Below are positions 20,453 through 29,274 of a stretch of 64,000 nucleotides of DNA, one piece after another. The position numbers were made by a program, and so were the translations under genes. Source of the DNA: Alistipes shahii (GTDB lineage: Bacteria; Bacillota_I; Bacilli_A; RFN20; CAG-826); contig CAVBUY010000001.1 in the NCBI GenBank assembly GCA_963598795.1, forward strand, positions 90,534 through 154,533, given 5' to 3'. The notes beneath the pieces were generated by a model. That model ran no database searches. It was not told the DNA's origin and was given only the letters and a program-made list of their open reading frames with translations. Within the stretch, counting starts at the first letter, position 1, and each line of letters starts with the position of its first letter.

Positions 20453-20627
20453 CGCCTTCATGGAAATAAGCCTTAAGTCTTTCTCTATCTTCTATTTCCA
20501 TTTCGATATATTCGTTTTAACGTATTTTTCTATCATCCTCTTATTTGTCTTATTCACGTGGCTGCCGATGTTGGCCTTAAAAAAGATCGCCCCATCAAAG
20601 ATCGTCAACAATAAGGCGGATGACTAA
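20367..20627 (+). CDS. C-terminal FtsX permease fragment, +1 frame continuation of the preceding ABC/FtsX gene
   Basis: LILGASSLILTSLLAYPFFALANYLV… and the terminal …LPMLALKKIAPSKIVNN match the FtsX C-terminus. Reading from 20352 in this frame joins seamlessly to the upstream protein (…LFLSKNLILGASS…). Confidence 0.6.
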   Translation: MGASSLILTSLLAYPFFALANYLVSASYNAFMEISLKSFSIFYFHFDIFVLTYFSIILLFVLFTWLPMLALKKIAPSKIVNNKADD

Positions 20628-20647
20628 GGACAAAAACTGGCGAGCAA

Positions 20648-20706
20648 CTAGTTTTCTATATTCGATGGTGCGCCGAACAGGACTTAAACCTGCACGGGCG
20701 TCCCAA
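20648..20706 (-). other. Possible tRNA 3'-end-like fragment (…TTCGGCGCACCA) bordering a GC-rich islet, candidate att-site remnant
   Basis: Minus-strand reading ends gcagg-tttaagt-cctgt-tcggcgc-a-cca. It has an acceptor/CCA-like end, but the T-loop is non-canonical and no 5' half is present. Confidence 0.25.
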
Positions 20707-20726
20707 TAAAGCCCACTAGGGCAAAA

Positions 20727-22076
20727 TCACTTTTTTATCTCCCAACGCCCATTTTTGTTGGAACCAATTCTCTCTATCCGTCCATCTTCCTTTAAGATTC
20801 GCAAATACTTCGTCGCCATCGGAACGCTTATCGACAGCTTCTGAGCAAGCTCTTTGGCGGTAACAAAAGGGTTAGTCTTTATCTCAAGTAGGACCGAGTC
20901 CTTTTTGGTTGCCCTATTATCAATTATGCTTGCAAAGGGAATCGTAACCTCGATATAGTTGTCGCCAAAATTAAAGCACGAGCCACCATAGCGGTCGACA
21001 ATCGTCGGGACTCCCTTCCCAGAGCGGTCAGAGATCTCGAGCTGGAGCAGAACGTGAGCCAAAGCCGGATTGACGGGTTTGCTAACGCCTTTGAAAAAAC
21101 CCTCGTAGGTCTGATCAGACCCGATGGTTCCATGCGATATTATCTCTATCCTATCGGCAAAGACGGAAATCTGCGGCGCGTCGAGCGAGCGCCAATCGTT
21201 GTGGACGAAGGCGTTGACAACCGCTTCCCTGTACGCGTCGTTGTCGAAAAGGTATGCATCCCTTCTCTCAAGTACCCTTCCCCTCTCGTTCACGATCGGC
21301 ACGTTGAGCACGTCCATGCCGTAGTTCGCCACGGCGTCGAGGGCGTAGAGCATGCAGGTATTCCCGAATTCCTTTACTGACCTGAGCCCATCCGATTTCC
21401 GCGTTCCGTTGAAGATGGAAACCCTCACGCTTATGGCGTTGTCGTCGGCAAGGAGCAGAGCGAGCAGGTTATACTTCCCGCTCCCCTCATTTCGTAGAGA
21501 TAGGTTTTGTTCGAAAGTTCCCCTGTTAAGTGCCTTCCCTTTCGAGGCGTAATAGAGAAAAAGCTTCTCGAAGGTGAGATCTTGCCTCTCGGAGTCGGTG
21601 TTGGTGAGCGAGGGAACGCCATGAGAGAGGATTCCCCAAAGCAAGGATTCCCGTTGTGGGTACTTCCTCAGATTTTCTTTGCTAGATCCTATTCTTATGT
21701 ACCTTTCCTTTTCGAATTCCGTCGGAACGCCGGTGGCCGCGGGTATCTCAAGGGCGACAACCCTTCTCCCATCGAACTCGCCTTCCCCAAAAGCGAACGG
21801 GATGCTTGGGGAGAGCCCTCTGGCGAGGTAATGTTTCAGTGGCTCGTTCCTGACATCGGACTCATAGTCGAAGTCGGTACCGACAACCTGATGCGTCGAG
21901 TCGTCGACGCCCCAGACCATATAGCCAGCTTTCCTCCCGACCATCGCGGCCGCATTGCTTATAGCCGATATGTATCTGCCGATCTCCTCCGGATTGGAGA
22001 AATTTACCTTGAACTCGACCCATTCTATCTCATGAGGAAGGGCGATTAGCTCCCCAACTATCTTCTTTACGTCCAT
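20727..22076 (-). CDS. AlbA_2 (Schlafen-like DNA-binding) + HATPase_c_4 + C-terminal wHTH protein, putative transcriptional regulator; horizontally acquired
   Basis: Domain architecture is typical of 'ATP-dependent DNA helicase RecG-related' regulators. C-terminal HTH: TAKELAQKLSISVPMATKYLRILKEDGRIERIG. ATG at 22074-22076 with GGAGGG SD (the track start at 22106 is GTG). Sampled GC is 52-57% against about 33-40% nearby. Confidence 0.6.
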   Translation of the reverse strand: MDVKKIVGELIALPHEIEWVEFKVNFSNPEEIGRYISAISNAAAMVGRKAGYMVWGVDDSTHQVVGTDFDYESDVRNEPLKHYLARGLSPSIPFAFGEGEFDGRRVVALEIPAATGVPTEFEKERYIRIGSSKENLRKYPQRESLLWGILSHGVPSLTNTDSERQDLTFEKLFLYYASKGKALNRGTFEQNLSLRNEGSGKYNLLALLLADDNAISVRVSIFNGTRKSDGLRSVKEFGNTCMLYALDAVANYGMDVLNVPIVNERGRVLERRDAYLFDNDAYREAVVNAFVHNDWRSLDAPQISVFADRIEIISHGTIGSDQTYEGFFKGVSKPVNPALAHVLLQLEISDRSGKGVPTIVDRYGGSCFNFGDNYIEVTIPFASIIDNRATKKDSVLLEIKTNPFVTAKELAQKLSISVPMATKYLRILKEDGRIERIGSNKNGRWEIKK

Positions 22077-22369
22077 TTGAGCCCCTCCGAATTTATTTAT
22101 ACACACTAGGTATAATTAAAGTATAGTTATTTTTTATCCCGTGACAAGACGGCTATTTATACAAAGCATATAATTAAGGTATAAATAAATCTTTGGGAAG
22201 CTTATATTGCGTAAATCCCAGTCATGTTCTAAGGAGGAGGCGATGCTTTCCTTTTGCAAATAGCATTCGATTGGGCACAGCAACAATCAAAGAGGATTGG
22301 CATCACGACGGCCGATTTCTGCGTTCAAACCTTCGAATACAATTTCCTAGTCAAAAGAAAGGCATCCCA

Positions 22370-23029
22370 TTATTCAGGACGCTGGTCTTTATCGTTTTCT
22401 TCTTTCGTTTCTTTTATTTCCGCTTGGCTTGCAAGATATGCTCTTTCATTCTTTTTAACCACCCAGATGGTCTGATTCTTCGGATCATAGCGCTTGGCAA
22501 TGCAATGGATGAGCAAACATTCCAAACCGGAATAAATGGCAATGACCGAGCCGGCGTAAACGTAGTTTTGATATAACGGGGCGTAATCTCCAATTAAAGT
22601 GAAAGGGAATAAGAATATCAACGCGGACATCGCTTTGTTAGCGTATGTATGCAAGGATGAGAGCTTTTTGAATTTGAAGATGCAAACGAGATAGGAGCAA
22701 ATATGCAGCAAAGACGGAACCCCGATAAGAATCCAGTTGGCAAAGGTGAGCTTTTCTAGGCAAATCGGGATGATTTTATAAGCCATTACGCCTAAGAATG
22801 TCAAATCGGCCACGCTATCTAGCCTAGAGCCCAACTTAGAACAGGTGTTGGTAGCCCTGGCAATGGCTCCGTCAAGTAAATCCGTAAGCCCGCAAACGCC
22901 GTAAATGATATAGAAAGCCACCGTATGCTTTGTTACGCTCAAATGAACCAAAACAACCGCCGCAATCAGTCGAATGCAAGTTATTATATTCGGCAAAGCT
23001 TTCAAAAATTTTCCAGGTTGTTTTTGCAT
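22370..23029 (-). CDS. CDP-alcohol phosphatidyltransferase family protein (PgsA-like)
   Basis: DLLDGAIARATNTCSKLGSRLDSVADL fits the Dx2DGx2ARx8Gx3Gx3D signature; multiple TM helices. Confidence 0.7.
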   Translation of the reverse strand: MQKQPGKFLKALPNIITCIRLIAAVVLVHLSVTKHTVAFYIIYGVCGLTDLLDGAIARATNTCSKLGSRLDSVADLTFLGVMAYKIIPICLEKLTFANWILIGVPSLLHICSYLVCIFKFKKLSSLHTYANKAMSALIFLFPFTLIGDYAPLYQNYVYAGSVIAIYSGLECLLIHCIAKRYDPKNQTIWVVKKNERAYLASQAEIKETKEENDKDQRPE

Positions 23030-23086
23030 CTAGACTTAATATAGTCACTTAAATAATCAAAAACAAAGAAAAAAGGACATTAATTG

Positions 23087-24214
23087 TCAATTAATGTCGC
23101 TCTTAAGGGAGAAATCACCCTTATTGAACCATTTAAGCTTTCTAAAGAGAAGATCCAACAAGAAAACCAATATTCCTGGAATCACAATGCAAAAACCAAC
23201 GATCATCAATATGACCTTCCAATCGTAATTGAACTCCCCGAAGAAATTCAAAGGACCGACCAATCCGGAGGTGCCCATTCCCGCCCCAACGGACAAAGCC
23301 GCGGCGGAAAATGTTTGACCTTCTATAGGAAATAGCATTGCCAAAGGCCCCAATAAAGCGGAAACCACAATGGTTGGAACCCAAATCAAAGGCTTCTTGA
23401 TGATATTTTTGAATTGGAGCATGGAAGTCCCGAGTCCAACCGCCAATACGCTTCCCCATTTGTTGTCTCTGGCCGTATGAACGGCAAAGCCTACCATTTG
23501 GGTGCAGCACCCTATAAGGGCGGCCGTGGCGGCCAAAGGAACATTTCCTATTTGTATCGCCACGCAAATGGCAACGGAAGAAATCGGAGCGGTCAAGGCC
23601 ATTCCTACCAATACCGAAATGATTATGCACATTAAAACTGGTACGGCGTTAAAGGAAATTCTGATCAATTCTCCGATTCCAACGGTTATATAGTGAATCC
23701 AATGAGCCAATAGGAATGAATAAAGAATGGATATGACCGAGCCAACAAGGGGAATCAAAATCAAATCCACCGGGGTTTTCTTTCTCATGATGAGTTTGAT
23801 GGCTAACAAAGCCAAGCAAACCGAAATATAGCAAGAAAGAGGATCACTTATGGAAACCAATCCGACGAATTTTCCACTTTCCGCGTTCTTAGCCCAGGAA
23901 AAAGCGTAGTTTCCGACAAATCCCGCAACCATTGCGGCCACCGCGGTGACGCCGTTATATTTCAAGGCCAAGGCCACGCCCAATCCAATGCCTGCACCCA
24001 TAAGCCCTTTGATATATCCAGCCCAGGTGTCGATTATCTCTGCCCCTGGTATTTTGGCGAATAATCCGATTATTGTGCCAATTATCAACGTGCCGAACAA
24101 TCCGATGGCCATGCCGTTGGTGCTGGTCATCAATTTTTCTTTTAAAAGCGAGAAAAACTTCTTTGCTTTGTCGTTTTTTCTCGAAGATTCTTTTTTTGTG
24201 TTTTCGTTTTTCAT
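23087..24214 (-). CDS. Polytopic membrane protein, possibly stand-alone PTS EIIC-like transporter
   Basis: 375 aa with a Lys-rich cytoplasmic N-terminus then about 10 TM helices rich in small residues (GLFGTLIIGTIIGL…GAGIGLGVALA). Family assignment is tentative. Confidence 0.4.
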   Translation of the reverse strand: MKNENTKKESSRKNDKAKKFFSLLKEKLMTSTNGMAIGLFGTLIIGTIIGLFAKIPGAEIIDTWAGYIKGLMGAGIGLGVALALKYNGVTAVAAMVAGFVGNYAFSWAKNAESGKFVGLVSISDPLSCYISVCLALLAIKLIMRKKTPVDLILIPLVGSVISILYSFLLAHWIHYITVGIGELIRISFNAVPVLMCIIISVLVGMALTAPISSVAICVAIQIGNVPLAATAALIGCCTQMVGFAVHTARDNKWGSVLAVGLGTSMLQFKNIIKKPLIWVPTIVVSALLGPLAMLFPIEGQTFSAAALSVGAGMGTSGLVGPLNFFGEFNYDWKVILMIVGFCIVIPGILVFLLDLLFRKLKWFNKGDFSLKSDIN

Positions 24215-24319
24215 ACATCGGTATTTTACTAGAGAGAAACTCTAAGACAAGTCATCCTCTGGCTTGCTTTATAAATAAGTTCGGTTATAGTGTCAAAGGC
24301 CTAAGGAGCCTTAGAAAAC

Positions 24320-25729
24320 ATGAGAAACACGCCAAAAGATCAGATTCAATTAAGCGATCATTTCACATTCAAAAGACTGCTTCGTTTTGTGTTCCCATCT
24401 ATTTTGATGATGGTTTTCATGTCCATTTATACCGTCGTAGACGGATTGTTCGTCTCCAATTATTCGGGGAAAGTGCCCTTTACCGCGATAAATCTCATTT
24501 GGCCGCCCATAATGATCGTAACTAGCATAGGCTTCATGTTCGGAACCGGGGGCTCGGCCCTTATCGGCAAATTGTTAGGCGAAGGGAAAAAAGAAAAGGC
24601 CAATCAGGTATTTACGATGATTGTCATCGCCACCGCCGTTACCGGAGTAATAACCGGGGGCATTTGTTTTGCCTTAACCCCTCAAATAGCCACCTTAATG
24701 GGAGCCAAGGGCGAAACATTGAAATACGCCATAACATATGGGAGATGGCTTTTCGCCGCCATGCCGTTTGCCATGTTGCAATATGAATTCCAGGGATTGT
24801 TCAACGCTGCCGAAAAGCCGGTCTTTGGCATGATCACCACCATTGCCGCCGGTTGCACCAACATCGTTTTGGATGGATTGTTTGTCGCAGTTTTCAAATG
24901 GGGTTTGACCGGAGCCGCGGCCGCCACATTGGGTTCGATGATAGTCGGATCTTTGATACCAATCATATATTTCAGCGTCAAAAACTCCTCGAAATTGCGT
25001 TTCTGCAAATACAAAACTGACTTTAGGGCTTTACTTAATGTATGTGGCAACGGATCTTCCGAATTGCTCACCAATATCGCAATGTCCGTAGTTTCCATTC
25101 TATATAATCATCAACTGCTCAAATTAATCGGCGAGGATGGCGTGGCCGCTTATGGGGTATTGGCTTATTTGCTGACAGTGTTTAATGCGGTATTCATGGG
25201 TTTTTCCATCTCCGCGGCGCCAATCACCTCATATCATTACGGAGCCAAAAACAAAGAGGAAATGAAATCTTTGTTGTCCAAATCGTTGATATTCATTTCT
25301 ATCACCTCATTGGTGATGGTCGCCTTATCAGAAGGATTGGCCGGGCCTTTAGGTAAACTGTTTGTCGGTTACGATGATAAATTGTACGAATTGACCGTAC
25401 ATGCCTTTAGAATATCCAGCTTCCAATTCGCCTTTATGGGAATAGCGATGTTCGGTTCTTCCTATTTCACCGCTTTGGGAAATGGGCTCATATCGGCTTT
25501 GATCGCCTTTATAAGAACATTGGTATTCCAGGTGGCCTTCGTGTTTTTGATGCCTTTAATTTGGGGAGCGGACGGCATATGGGCTTCCTTAATAGGCTCG
25601 GAATTCGTTTGCTCTATATTGGTTATCGTGTTTTTGTTGGCGTTCGAAAAGAAATACGGATATGGCTTCTGGAAGAAAATTAAAGAGATAAAAGAGCCAA
25701 TTAAAGAGATAAAAGAGCCAACCGAATAA
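24320..25729 (+). CDS. MATE-family multidrug/oligosaccharidyl-lipid efflux transporter
   Basis: 469 aa with 12 predicted TM helices and MATE-like loops. SD TAAGGAG upstream. The C-terminus carries a 21-nt tandem duplication (IKEIKEP x2). Confidence 0.75.
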   Translation: MRNTPKDQIQLSDHFTFKRLLRFVFPSILMMVFMSIYTVVDGLFVSNYSGKVPFTAINLIWPPIMIVTSIGFMFGTGGSALIGKLLGEGKKEKANQVFTMIVIATAVTGVITGGICFALTPQIATLMGAKGETLKYAITYGRWLFAAMPFAMLQYEFQGLFNAAEKPVFGMITTIAAGCTNIVLDGLFVAVFKWGLTGAAAATLGSMIVGSLIPIIYFSVKNSSKLRFCKYKTDFRALLNVCGNGSSELLTNIAMSVVSILYNHQLLKLIGEDGVAAYGVLAYLLTVFNAVFMGFSISAAPITSYHYGAKNKEEMKSLLSKSLIFISITSLVMVALSEGLAGPLGKLFVGYDDKLYELTVHAFRISSFQFAFMGIAMFGSSYFTALGNGLISALIAFIRTLVFQVAFVFLMPLIWGADGIWASLIGSEFVCSILVIVFLLAFEKKYGYGFWKKIKEIKEPIKEIKEPTE

Positions 25730-25735
25730 ATGTCT

Positions 25736-26119
25736 TTATTGGTTGCCCATTCCATTAAAAAGGAAATAAAAGAAAAGGTAGAATCCTACACAAACGACAA
25801 ATAACAACAGAGAGATTATCGAAAAGACCAAGCCGGTTACCGATTTGGGGCTCTTTTTACGTTTTATCGATATGGAAGATAGAACGCATCCGGTTAAACC
25901 AAAAGCCAAAGACGGAAGGCCTAGATAGAGCGTAAATCCCAAGTTGATGACAAAGGTTAACGCCGTCATCGCCGCGGATATGACAAAACCTATGATAGAA
26001 AACGTAAGACCTAGTTTTTCGATTAAAATGGGCTTTGAGTTTTTGATTATGCCTCCGCAATTTGGGCAAATAACGGAATCATCTGGTATGTCGGCACCGC
26101 ATTTTATGCATTTTTTCAT
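25736..26119 (-). CDS. Zinc-ribbon + DUF4190-like small membrane protein (paralog 1)
   Basis: MKKCIKCGADIPDDSVICPNCGG followed by two pairs of TM helices with glycine-zipper patterns. Confidence 0.6.
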   Translation of the reverse strand: MKKCIKCGADIPDDSVICPNCGGIIKNSKPILIEKLGLTFSIIGFVISAAMTALTFVINLGFTLYLGLPSLAFGLTGCVLSSISIKRKKSPKSVTGLVFSIISLLLFVVCVGFYLFFYFLFNGMGNQ

Positions 26120-26229
26120 AAGCGCTCCTCCCTATTTTATTTTCGCATAAGAGAGATAGTTTTCAAATTAAGGCAAGATGATATAAAAAACGGAGACCAT
26201 TTGATCTCCGTTAATCAAATATCGAAAAT

Positions 26230-26616
26230 TTAGAATTTCATGATGCCCATTATAACAAGCACGATAATGGCCAAGTAGTTGAGAACAAGGGCAGATAAAG
26301 AATAGATGGAAAGCCCCAAACTCGCTTTGCCTGCTGAGGTCTTTTGGACTTTTAACGATCTTGCGGCAAAAACGCAGCCGATGATTCCCAAAACCAAAAC
26401 CGGAGCAGTAAAAGACCAAATAGCCAAAAGGATCCATAGCCAAGCAATGACGGTCATAAGGGTGGCAAAGACCGCGGCGATTATCGAAACGGTCAATCCT
26501 GGTTTCGGAACGGCAACGGTTTGAACTGGAACATTCTCTTCAGCCGAACAACCGCATTTTGGGCACACGATAGCTTCATCGAGCAATTCGGCGCCGCAAT
26601 GTTTACAATATTTCAT
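26230..26616 (-). CDS. Zinc-ribbon + DUF4190-like small membrane protein (paralog 2)
   Basis: MKYCKHCGAELLDEAIVCPKCGC followed by TM helices; paralogous to the 25736 and 32435 genes. Confidence 0.6.
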   Translation of the reverse strand: MKYCKHCGAELLDEAIVCPKCGCSAEENVPVQTVAVPKPGLTVSIIAAVFATLMTVIAWLWILLAIWSFTAPVLVLGIIGCVFAARSLKVQKTSAGKASLGLSIYSLSALVLNYLAIIVLVIMGIMKF

Positions 26617-26697
26617 GGGGAAATCCCCTCCTTAATGTATTTAATTATCTACCAAACCATTATTCACTTAAATATTTTTTTCTCTTTGTCACATTTA

Positions 26698-27945
26698 TCA
26701 GTTATCATCGATTAAATCTTCCGTTTCAGCTTCGTTTTCATTGACGTTAGCATCCACTCTTTCGATAACTCCGCCCGATATTTTGTTGAATTTGCTGTCC
26801 AATTTTTTGACAGTGGTACTGAAATCCGTGGTTTTGTTATGCAAGGATTCGATGGTTTTGTCTATTGCCGACCATCTATCGCCAAAGCGTTTGAAGTCCT
26901 TGGAGAGACTTATTAACGCTTCGTTAATCTTTAAAAGGTTCTTGTTCTTTTGGGAATCGTTTTGGATGACTCTCAAAGCGGCTATAAGGGGTCTTATTAT
27001 GGTCGGGCAGGTCATGGTGACGGATTTGCTTCTCGCATATTCCGTCAATTCCGGATATTCGTTTTCGACGAAGGCGAATATTCCATCATTTGGGATGAAC
27101 ATTATGGCCACATTCAATGTTTTCCCGTCTATCACATATTTGGAAACCTGATCTATTTGGGTTTTTAAGGCGGACTTGAAGCCTTTCTTTTGTATAGCCT
27201 TTTCTTCTTCGGAAAGAGAAGAGGAATTATCAAATAAACTATCGTATCCATGGATGGCGAATTTGGAATCGATGCAAAGAATGGCATTTCCATTGGCTTC
27301 CCCGTCCATGAAGACCACCGCATCGGGTTTTAATTGTTCGTTTAATTTGTATTGGACGTCATAAAGGATTCCTTTGTTGGATTCCCCGAACATTGAAGCC
27401 AATAACATTTCCAATTGGATTTCCCCGAAACGGCCGCGTCCTTGGTTGTTGTTCAATACGGATTGCAGAGAAACGACTTGGCCAGATAGGGCTTTGATGT
27501 TTTCTTGGGCCGAATTCATCTCGTTGAGGGCGCTTTGCAACTTTAGCATCGCATCTCCCGTTCCTTTGAAGCCGTCGGTTATGGACTTGTCCACTTTGTC
27601 TCTTATTTCGCTTAGGTTAGCGTCCACCTTCTTGTTCAAAGAATCGATTTTGTCATCGAGTTTCTTTTCTATTTTTTCTTGAAACGAACCCAATATTTGC
27701 TGGTTCTTCACATTCAAATCCCCGACCGTGTTATTGATCTTTGCCATCTCTTCGGCGATAGCGTAACGCGTTTGTAACGGGAAGTTCTCCTTAAGCGCGG
27801 ATATGCTGCTTATGATTTCCGTTGTTTGCTTCACGGAATTTTCTTTGATTTCGGAATCGTTTGGCTTCCGACGTAAGAAAACGACGATTAAAACAATCAA
27901 GGCGATCAGAACTATTGATAAAAGAACGATTATAGCTATTTCCAT
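26698..27945 (-). CDS. rmuC: DNA recombination protein RmuC-family (N-terminal TM, coiled coil, nuclease-like C-terminus)
   Basis: N-terminal TM (MEIAIIVLLSIVLIALIVLIVVFL), a long coiled coil, and a C-terminal …RGRFGEIQLEMLL…FIPNDGIFAF… pattern consistent with RmuC. Confidence 0.55.
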   Translation of the reverse strand: MEIAIIVLLSIVLIALIVLIVVFLRRKPNDSEIKENSVKQTTEIISSISALKENFPLQTRYAIAEEMAKINNTVGDLNVKNQQILGSFQEKIEKKLDDKIDSLNKKVDANLSEIRDKVDKSITDGFKGTGDAMLKLQSALNEMNSAQENIKALSGQVVSLQSVLNNNQGRGRFGEIQLEMLLASMFGESNKGILYDVQYKLNEQLKPDAVVFMDGEANGNAILCIDSKFAIHGYDSLFDNSSSLSEEEKAIQKKGFKSALKTQIDQVSKYVIDGKTLNVAIMFIPNDGIFAFVENEYPELTEYARSKSVTMTCPTIIRPLIAALRVIQNDSQKNKNLLKINEALISLSKDFKRFGDRWSAIDKTIESLHNKTTDFSTTVKKLDSKFNKISGGVIERVDANVNENEAETEDLIDDN

Positions 27946-28066
27946 ATTTTTCCCCTTTACGAATTATCGCACTTTTCAAAGACCTTTCGCATCAATTAGT
28001 GAGCGTCTTTCTATTTCGACATTCATCAATCGGTTATACTACCAGCATAAAACCTAGGAGGTTTTT

Positions 28067-29221
28067 ATGAAAAATTCAAAAGACATAATCTATGTTGGCG
28101 TCAACGACCATGATGTTGACCTATTTGAAGGATATTACAAAGTGCCTAATGGGATATCCTATAACTCCTATATCATCTTAGACGAGAAAATTACCGTTTT
28201 GGATACGGTCGATGAGCATTTCAAAGATAAATGGCTAGGCAATGTAAAGAAGGTTTTGGGAAACAAAAAACCGACTTATTTAATTGTTCAACATATGGAG
28301 CCGGACCATTCCGCGAATATCATCGAATTCTTGAAGGTTTATCCGGAAACTATCGTCGTTTCCAATCAAAAAGCCTTCAATATGATGAATCAGTTCTTCC
28401 ACGTTGACATCGAGAACAAATTGGTGGTCAAGGACAATGAGCAACTATCAATCGGCAAACACGTCCTCAATTTCATATTCGCCCCGATGGTTCATTGGCC
28501 GGAAGTTATGTTTACCTATGATTCCACCGACAAGGTTTTGTTTTCCGCTGACGCCTTCGGTAAGTTCGGGGCATTGGATATAAAAGATGACGAATGGGAT
28601 TGCGAGGCCAGACGTTATTACATCGGGATAGTAGGAAAATACGGACCCCAAGTCCAAGCAGTGCTTAAAAAAGCCTCAGCCTTGGAAATCAAATCAATAT
28701 GTCCTCTCCATGGGCCGATATTGGAAGATGACTTAAGCCATTATCTTAGCCTTTATGACATTTGGTCTTCCTACAAGATAGAATCCGAAGGTGTGGCCAT
28801 CTTTTATTCTTCGGTGTACGGAAACACCAAGAAAGCCGTTGAGAAACTATCTGAAAAATTGAAAGAAAACGGAGTCAATAAAGTCGTCGTGAATGACTTA
28901 GCTAGAACAGATATGGCCGAAGACATAGAAGACGCCTTCCGTTATGGAAAGATAGTCTTGGCTAGCATTACCTATAATGGGACGATCTTCCCTTTCATGA
29001 ACGAATTCTTAAATGGCCTAACTGAAAGAAACTTCCAAAATAAGAAAGTCGGTTTCATAGAAAACGGCTCCTGGGCCCCTATGGCCGCGAAGGTAATGAA
29101 GGATAAGTTAGCTTCTTCCAAGAACATCGAATTCTTGGAACCGACAGTCAAAATCCTTTCTTCTATGAATGAAGAAAACGATAAGCAAATAGAAGAATTG
29201 GCAAAGGCCTTAAGCGAATAA
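28067..29221 (+). CDS. Flavodiiron protein (FprA-type: metallo-beta-lactamase-like diiron domain + flavodoxin domain)
   Basis: Diiron-ligand motif HMEPDHS, a second His cluster, and a C-terminal flavodoxin fold (IFYSSVYGNTKKAVE). Strong SD TAGGAGGT. Confidence 0.8.
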   Translation: MKNSKDIIYVGVNDHDVDLFEGYYKVPNGISYNSYIILDEKITVLDTVDEHFKDKWLGNVKKVLGNKKPTYLIVQHMEPDHSANIIEFLKVYPETIVVSNQKAFNMMNQFFHVDIENKLVVKDNEQLSIGKHVLNFIFAPMVHWPEVMFTYDSTDKVLFSADAFGKFGALDIKDDEWDCEARRYYIGIVGKYGPQVQAVLKKASALEIKSICPLHGPILEDDLSHYLSLYDIWSSYKIESEGVAIFYSSVYGNTKKAVEKLSEKLKENGVNKVVVNDLARTDMAEDIEDAFRYGKIVLASITYNGTIFPFMNEFLNGLTERNFQNKKVGFIENGSWAPMAAKVMKDKLASSKNIEFLEPTVKILSSMNEENDKQIEELAKALSE

Positions 29222-29274
29222 AAATGGCATAAATCGGTTTTCCTAATCTTAAGCTATTTGCTATCATTAACCGG

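Noticed and set aside
20648-20706. Calling the fragment a bona fide tRNA gene
   Set aside because: It lacks a 5' acceptor strand and D-arm, and the T-loop (TTTAAGT) lacks the conserved C56. Retained only as a possible degraded att or tRNA-3' remnant.
22193-22576. 127-aa and 73-aa + strand ORFs in the islet flank
   Set aside because: No RBS or domain, and they overlap the convergent CDP-alcohol phosphatidyltransferase gene. Only the 6-codon SD-led mini-ORF was kept as a curiosity.
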